Shown one piece after another: positions 20,703 through 32,377 of a DNA stretch of 64,000 bases (its first letter is position 1; every line of letters begins with the position of its first letter). Origin of the DNA: Nematocida ausubeli (taxonomy: Eukaryota); contig NW_026515637.1 in NCBI RefSeq assembly GCF_000738915.1, positions 620,001 to 684,000 of the forward strand, read 5' to 3'. The translations under genes and the position numbers were made by a program. Under the pieces are notes generated by a model. That model was not told the origin of the DNA. It did no database searches and worked only from the letters and a program-made list of their open reading frames with translations.

Positions 20703-22013
20703 CTACAAACCAGTGCTTTTCTCGCTGCTTCCTTTGGATGTGTCCTTTTGGCTCTTCTTCTGCAATGCTTTTTCCTTTGCTCTCCTTTGCTGATTTATTT
20801 TTTTGTTTTCATCCGCACTTGCTGACTCGTCATATGCCACATATGCATCTCTTCTTTCAATTTCTCTCAATATAATATTCTCCTGTGTGGTATGCTTCTC
20901 ATTCTCCAGATCAATCAATTTTGTTGTATATTCTAGTCGAATTCTATGCAACTCTGCTATTTTGTTCAGTGCTGCTGCCTTTTGTTTATCCTCTTTAAAA
21001 TGCGCAGCCTCCTTTTCTTTTATAGAGGATTGTAATTCTTCCTTTTCACATATTTTCTGTAAAAGCTTTATGGTGTGTTCGATTACAATAATTAGCCTTT
21101 TCTCTGACCTTACTATTTCTGAATAGTATTGAACATAGCTTTTTCTTAAGTTATAAATGTTCTTTTCCAGTTTGTCTACAAAATGGCAGCCTGCCATATA
21201 TGCATTCCATTTATTTGTTCGGTCATTCCTGAGCCCATCTATCTCAGCACGCAGAAGTTTAATTTTTTCTATTTCGCTGTCATATTCAGCATTTATTGAG
21301 TTGGGTATCTCACATGTATCATACATGGTGTGGCAATGGTTGATTTCATGGATTATCGCATTTATTTTGTCCAGAACAAAACCGCATGCATTCATATACA
21401 TGTTATACTTTACTCTTATATCTGCTATTTCGTTGCGCTTTTTTACAGAAACTTCTAAATACGAATTTGCAGTGCTATACATCTTTTTCTTGCCATTTGT
21501 CTCTTTCTTGGCTGTATCCGCTGCTGTGCTTTTATTCTCTATGCAACTGGCTCTCTTTTTTGCCTCAGGAGAGGGGCTTGTGTTTTTATCTGGCACGGGC
21601 ACCGTTTTTGTCGCACAGCTGCTGCTGCTAGAATTATTTTTACTTTCTGGCACATTCTCTAGACTTGCATCTGATAGCTTTTCTTTTTTTCTTACTAGCT
21701 TCTTTCTGGCAGTCGCGTCTTTCGGCACAGCTGTTTTCTTATTATTCAAAGTCGCACTTTCTGTGCTTACGTTTGCATCCTTTGTCTTATCTCCACTACA
21801 GCAGCATAAACTGTGCAATGTATTTTTCTTCTGCACACTATCAGATGCAAAGCCTATTTCCTCTTCTTTTTTACGCTTTAGTGTGCTTGACTGCTGTGCA
21901 CACAATACTGATATTTGTACTGTCTTCAGATATAGCTTAATTTCAGTTAAGCATATTATGATTGAGATACACAAAAGCATATACCTCACTCCACTCCATT
22001 TATTTTTATTCAT
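20703..22013 (-). CDS. Secreted or signal-anchored coiled-coil family protein, paralogue 1
   Basis: N-terminus GVRYMLLCISIIICLTEIKLY matches 39709..41040 (GVKCILLTIMCIMCLTEIKLY); low-complexity linker; helical K/E-rich C-terminal half. Confidence 0.85.
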   Translation of the reverse strand: MNKNKWSGVRYMLLCISIIICLTEIKLYLKTVQISVLCAQQSSTLKRKKEEEIGFASDSVQKKNTLHSLCCCSGDKTKDANVSTESATLNNKKTAVPKDATARKKLVRKKEKLSDASLENVPESKNNSSSSSCATKTVPVPDKNTSPSPEAKKRASCIENKSTAADTAKKETNGKKKMYSTANSYLEVSVKKRNEIADIRVKYNMYMNACGFVLDKINAIIHEINHCHTMYDTCEIPNSINAEYDSEIEKIKLLRAEIDGLRNDRTNKWNAYMAGCHFVDKLEKNIYNLRKSYVQYYSEIVRSEKRLIIVIEHTIKLLQKICEKEELQSSIKEKEAAHFKEDKQKAAALNKIAELHRIRLEYTTKLIDLENEKHTTQENIILREIERRDAYVAYDESASADENKKINQQRRAKEKALQKKSQKDTSKGSSEKSTGL

Positions 22014-22475
22014 TTCTGTTTATGCGCATTGTTCGCACTAATAAGCTATACTTGAAAATCATTTTGACTTTTATTTTAATACTGAATATATGCATATATT
22101 TCAGTAAATAATTGGCAACATGCAGGCATAAAACAATTCTCATTTGTTAGTAGTTTAGAAAGGATGGATTAACCACTTCCTCTTTGGGCTCAGTCAGGGG
22201 CTAGCATTCTACAAGGGACTCTGCTTGTCTGCACTCCTTTACTTTAGTGTTCTGAGTTTATTGACACTGCGTGTTACACTCTCATCTGCTATCATTGTAT
22301 ATACCTTTTATGAATATAGCCCGAATAACCCGATATATAGATGGCAGGAAATAGACTATATTCAGTTTAGTACAACCAAGCCTAATACTTCAAGGAGAAA
22401 ACCACGGCAGCCTAAAATTTAAATAGCTATATGAAAGCCTGTCTAACAATGCTGTTGTTTACTAGATCTAAAAGT

Positions 22476-25400
22476 TTATTTACTAAGACTATGTAATGTT
22501 TGAGTTATTTTAACTTTCAAACTCTCTAATGCGGTATTCTGGGAACTAACTATAGATCTTATCTTAGCAGTTAGTTGCTTTAGATCTATATCAACCCCCC
22601 AGTTAGAAGAATGACCTGAAAAATCAATTTCTTTCGGTTCTGGTGCATCAATCAACTCATAGCATTTTTTTACTATGAAGGCCCAGCTAGCAAATCTAAA
22701 CTCATTTGCACCCCAAATAATCCAATGCAAGAACTCGTTACTATGCTTCTCATACCAATTAACTGGATGTGCTTTTTCTGTTTCCTGCATGGCTTGAACA
22801 ATTTTAGTAATATTCTTTATAGTATCTCCATCCTGTGTTAGAATCCTGATAAGTAAATGCTTGCCATCTTGATCCAATTTTTTAGTAATAAATTCTTTAA
22901 ATTTCGTATAGTAACTATCTTTCAAACAATTTCTTCTGAGCATAACCAATATAGAAGTGATTATATTGTCAAACTCTAGTATTTCATATAGTGATGCACG
23001 AATATCTATGAATTTTAACAATTCGGTCAATAGGTATGTAAAACAAGCTGGATCTTTATATGCATGTTTGTCTATAGTTATATGCGGATAGTACTGCTCT
23101 GCAAATTCTAAACTAAGAAATAGAAACATTGCATCTTTAAAATCCCCATCCATGAAGATTATGCTTCCTACGATGTTGTCTACTAGATAGACGAAAGGTG
23201 ATTCTTTTCTATACTTTTGTTTCTTTGCATGTAGGAGTAGTCTCAAAGCATAGTTTCTTCTATATTCAATGCCATGAAATTCGGGTCTAACCAGGAGAGT
23301 GTCAATATAACCCGAACACTTTCCATAGCCCAGTACATCATAGCGCGTATAATCCGGTTTAAAAAGTGTCTTATTGTATATTTCAAGTTCCGACATGGCT
23401 AAAGTTTTATATAGATAGAAGCTAAGTATCTCTATAACACATAATTCTATGTTAGTTCTTAAGGGCCATAGATCTTCGAATATATTGTATTTCCTATATA
23501 GTTTAAATATAGTTTTCCATTTTATCTCTACTGTTGTATTATCATGATACTTAGGATAGATAATAAATTTATAGCCATTGAGATGGGGGTAGGGCGGCTG
23601 CTCTTTTTTGAGTTCACGTGCAAGTGCGCGTGGGAGGCTATTGAAGTTAGAAAAATACTTTCTTATAAAATAGTCATTTTCTGTGTTTATGTTATAAAAC
23701 ACTTCTAGCTTACCAAATACGTCGCAGCATTTATGTATAATAGTTTGTTTACATATAACCCGAATTTCAAGACTAAAATCTTTATATAGTGCAATTTTCT
23801 TAATCACTTCTATTAGATAGTTTTTTATATCATTGCCTAGTTCATCTTTTAGAACTTTGTTCTCCTCATTATAGCTTTTTATCAACTCACTAAGACTCTT
23901 TTTCTCTTTTTTCTTCATAGAATCCACTAATCTGTCTATCTCTAGCTCTATATTATCTTCATCAATTGTTTTTTTCCCATGCTTTAGTGCATTTTCATAC
24001 CGCTTCTTTTTATTTAGTTCTTTTTCATAAATTATCTCTCTGATATTTCTTTCCAGAACATTTTTTTCTTCCATAGTATTCTTGGTATTATTTAGATATT
24101 TCGAATAAAGCATTCTGACTTCGCGAATCTTCTTTTCATCATCCATTAAATCCAAACACTTTCTAAACTTATCTATTTTCTCTGTCTCACCCACCCCGGT
24201 TATCTCTTTAATAACATATAGCATGTTTATAAAGCCAGGTGTAAGATGGTTTCTGTCTGATCGCATATACTGTATCTTCTGATTGGATAGACCTCCCACT
24301 ACTTGGTTCCACTCATCGTGCAATTTTTTTGACACTACTCCATGCATGTGCCTGTGCTTTCTGAAAAAGCTTTTCAGCTCCTCTGAGGCAGACTCTATGT
24401 GGTCAGCCGTGCATATATTCTTATCCCGGTTATAAAAAGCCCAGCGGAGCAGGCCAAGCAGCGCTGTCTCTCCGTAGTCAATAAAGAAATTAAACAAAGG
24501 GATTGTATTATCACCCGCACAAACACTCATGTCATCTGGAACATATATGTTTGCCGAGAGTGAAGAAAGAACTCTCAGTGAGGGGATGTTTTTTCTAAAA
24601 GGAACTATACCTGCAAGTGGGCTTAAATACATAAGATCAACAAAAGAATCTATAGGAATATAGTATGGGGGGACTTCTTCTTGATAGTTGAATTCTATGT
24701 ATTTCACCCCAGGCCACCACTCATCTTTTTGTAAAAAGTGCCTTTCAAATATATGTCTTATTTCATTTTCTTGGCCATGCTGCCCATTCAGAGTATTTTC
24801 TACTATATTTTCACTAAATAGTGCGAATTTATTGCATATATAGTTTTTAATCTGCTTGACTTTCCTTTCTTCTTGCAACATATGCCCATACAGTAGATAC
24901 TCATACAGCAGGTCATAGACAGCCTTAATAAAGGAGGTAGTCTCTTTTATATTTTCTAGACAGTAGTATATATACGTGTGTATAAGGAAGCTCGGGCTGT
25001 TTACATACTTTCTTTTTATATACAATCTATGCATTTCTTCCTCTGAATAGTTTTTCTCTTCTTTAAAAGCTCTTTTCTTTCTATTCTCTATAAAGAAGTT
25101 TATAACAGCAACTGCTTTTTCTTGAAGCACCTCTTCAAACAAATCTATAGACTTCGCATTTTTGTTGCTGCTTTTAACCAATGCATTCATGCTCACTCTA
25201 AAGTGCTCATTTCTTTTATCTGCAGTCCTCAGAACCAGCTCTGTTTGATTTTCACTCTTATAAATTTCCAGCCTCACATTCACTCCACGTGAAAGCAAAA
25301 AAAGAGAGGCAAGTATTTCGTGCTTATGTTCTTTTACATCCTTGCTATTAATAAATGTATAAAAAGAGTCCGTCTTGTCTGACCATATAGACACATACCC

Positions 25401-25904
25401 GTGCATAGAGGGAAACATCTCAAGAAGTGTACTAAAGTACTCTTTTTTATACTTAAGTAAGTCTCCTTCATATTGAAGGTCATTATCGTCGCGCACTCTG
25501 TCTAGGCTGTAGTCCCGTGTGTATGTGTATATAGGGTTTTTATAGTCAGTCTGCTCAACTTTTACAGAGTATTCTATCTTAATCTCGGGCGACAGGAATC
25601 TCTTGTTGTACATAAGCCCAATAGTATCTTCTAGTTCACTACGAAATGGGCCCATTCGTCTATCTGGTTTTATTACTAGTGCTTTTCTGTTTTCTTCATC
25701 AATAAAAGTAAATGTATTTCTATGAGTGCTTATTAGCTCAATTAGGGACATTTTTCCCCACACTTGGCACAGTATAAGTATCTGAATTAACACATACAAC
25801 ATTATAGGAAATGTATTGCCTCTTGTAATTTTCTTTCTTGTGCTGTGTGCACTTAATTTCTTGACTGGCTTTCTTTTACTCCAAAGTGCTATATATAATT
25901 TCAT
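22476..25904 (-). CDS. Large secreted family protein (NemLGF1-like), 1142 aa
   Basis: Basic leader plus signal; family motifs YNKRFLS, ILASLFLLSRGVNV, SPSFLIHTYIY, DYGETALLGL, HDEWNQVVGGL, GFINMLYVIKEITG. Confidence 0.9.
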   Translation of the reverse strand: MKLYIALWSKRKPVKKLSAHSTRKKITRGNTFPIMLYVLIQILILCQVWGKMSLIELISTHRNTFTFIDEENRKALVIKPDRRMGPFRSELEDTIGLMYNKRFLSPEIKIEYSVKVEQTDYKNPIYTYTRDYSLDRVRDDNDLQYEGDLLKYKKEYFSTLLEMFPSMHGYVSIWSDKTDSFYTFINSKDVKEHKHEILASLFLLSRGVNVRLEIYKSENQTELVLRTADKRNEHFRVSMNALVKSSNKNAKSIDLFEEVLQEKAVAVINFFIENRKKRAFKEEKNYSEEEMHRLYIKRKYVNSPSFLIHTYIYYCLENIKETTSFIKAVYDLLYEYLLYGHMLQEERKVKQIKNYICNKFALFSENIVENTLNGQHGQENEIRHIFERHFLQKDEWWPGVKYIEFNYQEEVPPYYIPIDSFVDLMYLSPLAGIVPFRKNIPSLRVLSSLSANIYVPDDMSVCAGDNTIPLFNFFIDYGETALLGLLRWAFYNRDKNICTADHIESASEELKSFFRKHRHMHGVVSKKLHDEWNQVVGGLSNQKIQYMRSDRNHLTPGFINMLYVIKEITGVGETEKIDKFRKCLDLMDDEKKIREVRMLYSKYLNNTKNTMEEKNVLERNIREIIYEKELNKKKRYENALKHGKKTIDEDNIELEIDRLVDSMKKKEKKSLSELIKSYNEENKVLKDELGNDIKNYLIEVIKKIALYKDFSLEIRVICKQTIIHKCCDVFGKLEVFYNINTENDYFIRKYFSNFNSLPRALARELKKEQPPYPHLNGYKFIIYPKYHDNTTVEIKWKTIFKLYRKYNIFEDLWPLRTNIELCVIEILSFYLYKTLAMSELEIYNKTLFKPDYTRYDVLGYGKCSGYIDTLLVRPEFHGIEYRRNYALRLLLHAKKQKYRKESPFVYLVDNIVGSIIFMDGDFKDAMFLFLSLEFAEQYYPHITIDKHAYKDPACFTYLLTELLKFIDIRASLYEILEFDNIITSILVMLRRNCLKDSYYTKFKEFITKKLDQDGKHLLIRILTQDGDTIKNITKIVQAMQETEKAHPVNWYEKHSNEFLHWIIWGANEFRFASWAFIVKKCYELIDAPEPKEIDFSGHSSNWGVDIDLKQLTAKIRSIVSSQNTALESLKVKITQTLHSLSK

Positions 25905-26104
25905 GAGTTTATCTAAAAATTAAAGTTTTTATATTTCTGTCGCTAACTAGGCAAAATAAAGATAAAAAATGATTAAAATACTATTAGATATAGCCACTAG
26001 CAATATTTTTCTTTTAATATATCTTGAAGCCCAGATATTCGGAATATAAGCTGCTGTAAAATACTAGAATAAAAATAAGCTAGAAAGTGGCATGAAAACA
26101 ATCT

Positions 26105-26420
26105 ACTTGTTAGTTTTTCTTGTCTTGAAGGCATTGAAATCTTCTCTCCGGGTCAGTAATGTAGATTGGTGTTGGCCATTACCTTCCAGATTTTTGATTG
26201 AAAGATAACACGCTACAAGAGGTTCTAATTGTTTACGCGTCGAATAATAGTGATCTATGTTTGTGTACACTTTTTACTACATCACAGTCTGTTGTAGAAA
26301 CAATGGTTTGTTGTGTAAACAAACTTTAACAAATTTTCACTTTACAAACTATTTATAAACAATCAGAAATAAATTAGATCCAAGTTTAGTATGCCCAAGT
26401 CTAATATTTTGAAGAGGAAA
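26105..26420 (+). repeat. About 310-bp non-coding element, copy 1 (also 57150-57447 direct and 41970-42267 inverted)
   Basis: Shared TAGATTGGTGTT.GCCA, GCTACAAGAGG...TTGTTTAC.CG and ATCCAAGTTTAGTA...GAAG.GGAAAA blocks. Confidence 0.85.
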
Positions 26421-26470
26421 ATTCAGCTCTACTCATAAATTTATTCTAAATATACCTTCACATTTCATCT

Positions 26471-29179
26471 TCATGCTATATTCGAATATAAATGGTCAAT
26501 GTATGCCATCAGTCCATTATATTTTTCCATACTTTTTGGGTCATTCTCTGAGCAGAAAAGAGTTTTTTTTTCTTTTAAAACGCTTAGGCATTTGTGGAAT
26601 TCTTTTTTAGTTTCTATCACTATTCGAACATAGAATCCATGCGGATAAACATTCGGGAGTATAAAGCTGTAAACCTCCTTAATCTGTTCTGGCGAGAGTT
26701 TATATTTGTCTGTGCATGCATGTATGAACCAGCAAATATATATATAGTTTAAAGTGTATTCCTTCATATATTCTGTAATAACAGACCGAATTTTCACTAA
26801 ATTATCTATTGACCCATCAGAGATTATATGATTAAATAGAAGTCTCCAGGTTATAAAATGTTTCGCATGGTGAATTTGATCATCGTGGCCTGCAACTGCT
26901 TTAAGATAGTTGCATGTGGCTTTTACTGCAATGGGTACTGGATAGTCTAGTATTTTTTTATAAAAATGCATTGATTCTACCTGTCCCCAAGCAAAAATAT
27001 GTTCCGATGGACAGTCAGATGCGGTGTAACCAAGTTTTGGATAGCACTCTCGCCACCCCTTAAGAATTGGAAGTAAATGAATCATTAAAAACCGGGTTAT
27101 AGGATCATTGAGCGGAACACTTCCTAAAATATTTGCAGTAAAGCGTGTTAAAGAGTTTGTTTGAGCGACTCCTTTGGTTACAGCACCAAACGCAAAGAAC
27201 TCCATAATATAGCCCTTCATGAATACTTTAGAAATCCTGTTGTACAATAATATCTTAGATACATTCTCAGATTCTCCCTGTAGCATTAGGTTTATGTCAT
27301 TTTTAATATTTTGTAAGATAGCATAATCGCCATACTCTAAGGTATTTATCTCAACATCAATGTAGTGACACACAATGTATCCTATATAGCACTCTGCCCT
27401 ATTATAAATATTTTTTACTTCTTCACACTTTTCTCTAATATATGCAGAATTAGCATCTAAAGATGAAAGAAGAGAAAGATTCGCATGTCCTTTTTTTATA
27501 TCCAAAACAATCCCAGAGCGTGTATTATCAAAATAATACATAATGCTAAACCCAGCTAAAATATCTGCCTTTCCATTTGACCTCTTTCCAAGTCTCATTT
27601 GTTTACAGTCTACGCTCACATTCTTATTCAGTGACAAGGATCTAATAATTGATTCTATCTTATACTTAATGTAAAATTTCTGCGTATCATCTAATTTTCC
27701 TGCTTTATCTGCAGATTCTATATACTCAACTAGCTCCTGTGTATCTGCCTTCTGGCCTGTTATTTCTGCAATTACCAGAAATATATTTGAAATCCCAGCT
27801 ATAAGTTCGTTTTTCTCTTTCTTGTAGTCAATTTCAGGATTATCTAAACAAGCAACAACTTTGCTCCACTGTTTGTGCATTTCAAAGTCTGTAGCTTCTG
27901 TTGGCTTTGGATAGTCTCTAAAGAAGTCTCTTAACTCTTTGCTTACTCCCGCTCCCATGTGACTGGTTTCGTACTCTTTTGTCTCTGGATTGTATGCCAG
28001 ACAGCAGAACAGCCCAAGAAGGGCTGTTTCTACACAGTCACTATAGTAAAGGGCTTGGTTTTTCTCAAAGCCTGACTTGTCTAGTTTACACAGCGGAACT
28101 CTAGTAAATTTCGGCAGCTGACTATCATTGCAGAAGGGAATTATGGCATTTTCCTCTGTATCTTTTACAAGATCATAGAATAATTCAATGTACTTTATAT
28201 TTTCGCCAAGCTCTTCTTTCGCTAGAAAGAGCTCATCGAATATTCTGCCCTTCTTGCCTTTCTTCTTAGTCTGCTCGGGGTTTTCCTTTTCAACTACTTG
28301 ATCAACTAGTAGTTCATGCACTGCATTCACAAAGTCCTTGTAGTCTTCTACTGTGTCAATGAACTCGTAGATGTATGTCTGTATAAGGAAGGCTGCACTA
28401 TTCAGAAATTTCCCGCTCTCAAACTCTTTTTTACAAGAAGGCATTGCAAACTCGCCCCCCTTCTTTAGTAGCGGATTATCTCTGCACCGTATATAGAACT
28501 TGACAACTTCAGCAGCTTCGTACTGATAGATACTATCACTGTACATATTTGTAACTGGGTCTATGCCTGCTGTGTACATTTCCACATCCACAAACACTTT
28601 CTCCTTGCTTTTCTTACTTTTTATCACGAGCTTCTTTTTCTTTTCTGTATGATCTATATCTATTTTAATATCAACGCCCTCTGAAAGAAGCAGCAGCGCA
28701 GCAAGAATATATTTTGTGTCCTTCTTAACGTGATCTGCTCTTAGGAAGTTTGTAAGTGCATTTGGTCTGGCTGCCTCAATGGAAAGATCTCCATCCATTG
28801 AAGGAAACATCTTTATTAACTGCATGTGATATGTGCTAAGATACTCCCCATTGGGGGCCTGTGTAGCTATGTCTTTGTATACCCTGTCATTGACTGGTAT
28901 TCTTTTAAAGTCGTACTCTTGTTCATCTGAAATGGTTATACCTTTCTTAGTCAGCGTATAGTCTGTTTCTATTTCAGAAGAATAAAACCGCTTGTTATAC
29001 ATGTATCCGCTTCGGTTTCCAATATATCCCCGCAGCAGATTCAATGGTCCCCTTGGGTTGATAACTACATCTTGCTTTTCGGCAATAAAAGTCTCATGTA
29101 CTGTCTTTATGTCTGTCATATTAATTCTTGTAAGAATAGTTTGCACCATCATTAGACTTAGGATTATCCTGCAGATCAT
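26471..29179 (-). CDS. Large secreted family protein (NemLGF1-like), 902 aa
   Basis: Signal peptide; GPLNLLRGY, MYNKRFYS, ILAALLLLSEGVDI, FLIQTYIYEF, DCVETALLGLFCCLAYNP, FTANILGSVPL. Confidence 0.92.
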   Translation of the reverse strand: MICRIILSLMMVQTILTRINMTDIKTVHETFIAEKQDVVINPRGPLNLLRGYIGNRSGYMYNKRFYSSEIETDYTLTKKGITISDEQEYDFKRIPVNDRVYKDIATQAPNGEYLSTYHMQLIKMFPSMDGDLSIEAARPNALTNFLRADHVKKDTKYILAALLLLSEGVDIKIDIDHTEKKKKLVIKSKKSKEKVFVDVEMYTAGIDPVTNMYSDSIYQYEAAEVVKFYIRCRDNPLLKKGGEFAMPSCKKEFESGKFLNSAAFLIQTYIYEFIDTVEDYKDFVNAVHELLVDQVVEKENPEQTKKKGKKGRIFDELFLAKEELGENIKYIELFYDLVKDTEENAIIPFCNDSQLPKFTRVPLCKLDKSGFEKNQALYYSDCVETALLGLFCCLAYNPETKEYETSHMGAGVSKELRDFFRDYPKPTEATDFEMHKQWSKVVACLDNPEIDYKKEKNELIAGISNIFLVIAEITGQKADTQELVEYIESADKAGKLDDTQKFYIKYKIESIIRSLSLNKNVSVDCKQMRLGKRSNGKADILAGFSIMYYFDNTRSGIVLDIKKGHANLSLLSSLDANSAYIREKCEEVKNIYNRAECYIGYIVCHYIDVEINTLEYGDYAILQNIKNDINLMLQGESENVSKILLYNRISKVFMKGYIMEFFAFGAVTKGVAQTNSLTRFTANILGSVPLNDPITRFLMIHLLPILKGWRECYPKLGYTASDCPSEHIFAWGQVESMHFYKKILDYPVPIAVKATCNYLKAVAGHDDQIHHAKHFITWRLLFNHIISDGSIDNLVKIRSVITEYMKEYTLNYIYICWFIHACTDKYKLSPEQIKEVYSFILPNVYPHGFYVRIVIETKKEFHKCLSVLKEKKTLFCSENDPKSMEKYNGLMAYIDHLYSNIA

Positions 29180-30301
29180 TTTTTTGTAAACTGAAAAAAG
29201 ATTTCTTTCTTACCTGTTTTAATTCCTTATTTTTCTTCATCGCCCTTAGCATCAGTTATTTCTATATATAGATCATTTTAACTATTTTCTTAGGGGTCAC
29301 TTGCATGCAATGCATAATTAGCCAGTGAACAGAGACAGTTCTGTGTTTAATCGGCTCAATTAATTTCATCCTGTGTGCATACGTAAATATACTAGCAATC
29401 ATCTTTATTCTATTCTTCTACATATAAAACTAAAAAATAGAAAACTCTCTGGCACGTATTTTTATAAAAACATATTAAGCTATGCAGATCAGGCCTTATT
29501 TAATGGGTTCTTTATGTATTTATCATATAACTTAGATGTATTAGTGTACTATATTTTTATAGTTTTTTGTTATGGATGAATGCTGAATTATTTTCTACCC
29601 ATGCTAACACTAGAATTATTTTCTATAAAAAAAATCATTAGATGCTATATCTGAAATTGCTAGACATATGCATTATCTATATTACGTAGTTATTAGGGCA
29701 TTGTTATTTCTATCTTCTTGCCCATATGCTTGCTGATGTACTGTATGATCGTAAGCATCATACCCTGGAAGTAATAACCCAATAGAGATAACATCTTGTT
29801 TAAAAAAGAACTTTTATTCATGTCGTGCGGGTATCACTGGGACTTTAGCTTCTGAACTTGTCTTAATTACTCTGCCATCTGCTCTTTCATTGCTTTTTTT
29901 TTGCTCTATTGTATCTGTTTTTATTGTTGGAGTCTAATTTCAAGATAATAATGTTTTTATTTCTGGACCCTCTGCTGTAATAAGAAAATTCCGAAGGAGT
30001 AGTAATTTTTCCAAATATCTATAGAGATCCATTAGTAAATTATAGCACAGCAGCCGAGACAGCATAAACATGTTTCTGGCTTAATGACACGAGTTACTTT
30101 AAAATCAGTGCGTATACTTATGTAGCTCTGATCTATATGAAAGGCTGTCCACTTTAAGACAAAGAAACTCAAGACTCTTCATACTGGAGTATTGCTGCAT
30201 TGTGTTGCCATATTAAGAGCACTCAGGCAGTACACACAAAAATACTCATATTTTATCAATTGCAATCTGATATAATCACTGCACCCGAATATTCTAAATA
30301 T

Positions 30302-32377
30302 CTATGCATCTGTTTTCTGCATAACAAGTATTTCATTTGGTATATATGGGAATACATGCAGGATATATGGCTTGGTAGTCTCTGATGTAACTATAAACCC
30401 AAGAGAGCCTTCCTTACGCGAAAACATACTTGAACTAGGATGAACATATATTTGCTTCTCAGAGTATATGTGCATATATGCATTTCCCTTCATTTCTGCA
30501 ACTCGTGTCATAAACCCTGCAGATGCAGAAGTGTGCAATCTATCGGCTATAATTGGTCTCAAAGGAATGCATGATAAAGTGTGCTTATCTTCAGTTTCAT
30601 CTATTTCTGACTCTATCCCCGGATTCAGCTCAAGTATTAATGTTAGCTGCTTGTAAATCTTCTCACTATTTCTCATTTCCTGCAGAGACAGCCCCAAAGA
30701 CTGGCAGAAGTCTACTTTAAGTCTTGCAGAATATGTGAGGTATGTAAAGAACACGCTTGCATATAATGTAAGATCAGAGCACTTGCTGGGCGAGTTGTGT
30801 ACGCTTACTATGGTAGATGTATTAACTTCCTTGGAGAATAAAGATATTCTGTCGCCTGCTAATAATGCGCACACAGCAGCAGATGCATGTCCTGCGCCTA
30901 GTGACTTTCCAATCAGAAGGAATTTCCCTAGAGATGGAGACAGTGGGAGTTTACTCACTTTCTTACCTAATTCCGTGATGCGCCTATTTTCGTCAATCAA
31001 GCCTAAGATGAACAACTCTGCAAGAGCACTTAATATTGCATTTGCATTTGGCGCCTCTAAGAAATCAAACACCTCTGGGTCTATTCCCATTTGAATCAAA
31101 GAAAGCGAAACAGATGAAATATCTGCTCGCATGATTTCTGGAATATTGTTTTCATGCATTAAGTTATACGCGCATTCTGTGTACAGTCTATAGCAAATGC
31201 CAGGACCAACTCTGCCGGCTCTTCCAGTTCTTTGCTGTGCAGATGACTTGGATATTTTAACTATTCCAAGTGAATCTATCCCATCCTTGGAGATGTTTAT
31301 CTTTTGCACGCCCGAATCAATAACCCACCGGACATCTTCTATTGTTAAACTAGTTTCTGCAATATTTGTGGATAGAATCACCCGAATATTGCTCTTTCTC
31401 CGCGTGAATATAAGCTTCTGTTCTGTGTCTGACAAGGAAGAGTGCAATTTAAGAATTTCCAGGCCAGAGTGTTTTTCAAGCATTTTAAATAAGTCCTCAA
31501 TGTCTTCCAAACCAGATAGAAAGACTAATATTGTACCGCATGTAAATCCATCTGGAATATTCACCTGTTTTGGCGTGAACTCTTTTTTTGCGAATATGCA
31601 ATCCATCTCATCAAGTTCTTCCTGCGGATTATTCGCTTTCTTCGATTTACTTTTTTTAGAGTTCTTTGAATTATGCACATCCTTTGTAGCAGGCTCTTTC
31701 TTGTTGCATGCACTGCTTGAATGCGTTATTTGCTGTGCATCTGGTATATTATTTTCTGTTTGCTTGTTTTTCAGATCTTTGGCATTCTTCATGATCTTTT
31801 TTACAGTGTCGTATGCTAGCTGTATGTAGTCTGATGACTTTCTTGGGAGATAGTTTATTTTTACCGTATGCTTCTGCGTTGGTATCTCGCAGTACTCTAC
31901 GGGTATCTTATCCCGTGCAAAGTACTCGGTAAGCATATTTATATCTGCAGTCGCACTCATTAAGACTAGCCGAATTGTTTTAATCTTCTTCTTTAATAGA
32001 CCTAGTAAGATATCCGTTCTTATTGACCTCTCATGGACCTCATCTATTATTACGGTAGATAGTCTTACTTTCTCTTCCATTTCCTTCAGAAGTATCCCAT
32101 CTGTTACATATCTTAGTCTTGTTTTATGCGAGGTTGTATCACTGAATCTGACCTTGTGCCCAACTACACCACTCTCAGCACTTCTTCCTACATACGATGC
32201 AAGTGCAATGGCAGCTACTCTTCTGGGCTGCGTGACTGTGATCTTGTCTCCCGTTGTTTTAAGCAATGCCTGCGGTATGCCTGTTGACTTACCTGATCCT
32301 GTGGCCCCTACAACTATCAAGACGCTGCCCAGCCTCACCTTTGCGGTTATTTCATGAGTCACTTGTTCTGTTAACAT
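30302..32377 (-). CDS. DEAH-box RNA helicase (Dhr2/DHX33 or Prp43-like)
   Basis: GATGSGKST, TQPRRVAA, DEVHER, MSAT, STNIAETSLTI, QRTGRAGR plus HA2/OB regions. Start at MLTEQ avoids overlap with RPL17. Confidence 0.93.
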   Translation of the reverse strand: MLTEQVTHEITAKVRLGSVLIVVGATGSGKSTGIPQALLKTTGDKITVTQPRRVAAIALASYVGRSAESGVVGHKVRFSDTTSHKTRLRYVTDGILLKEMEEKVRLSTVIIDEVHERSIRTDILLGLLKKKIKTIRLVLMSATADINMLTEYFARDKIPVEYCEIPTQKHTVKINYLPRKSSDYIQLAYDTVKKIMKNAKDLKNKQTENNIPDAQQITHSSSACNKKEPATKDVHNSKNSKKSKSKKANNPQEELDEMDCIFAKKEFTPKQVNIPDGFTCGTILVFLSGLEDIEDLFKMLEKHSGLEILKLHSSLSDTEQKLIFTRRKSNIRVILSTNIAETSLTIEDVRWVIDSGVQKINISKDGIDSLGIVKISKSSAQQRTGRAGRVGPGICYRLYTECAYNLMHENNIPEIMRADISSVSLSLIQMGIDPEVFDFLEAPNANAILSALAELFILGLIDENRRITELGKKVSKLPLSPSLGKFLLIGKSLGAGHASAAVCALLAGDRISLFSKEVNTSTIVSVHNSPSKCSDLTLYASVFFTYLTYSARLKVDFCQSLGLSLQEMRNSEKIYKQLTLILELNPGIESEIDETEDKHTLSCIPLRPIIADRLHTSASAGFMTRVAEMKGNAYMHIYSEKQIYVHPSSSMFSRKEGSLGFIVTSETTKPYILHVFPYIPNEILVMQKTDA

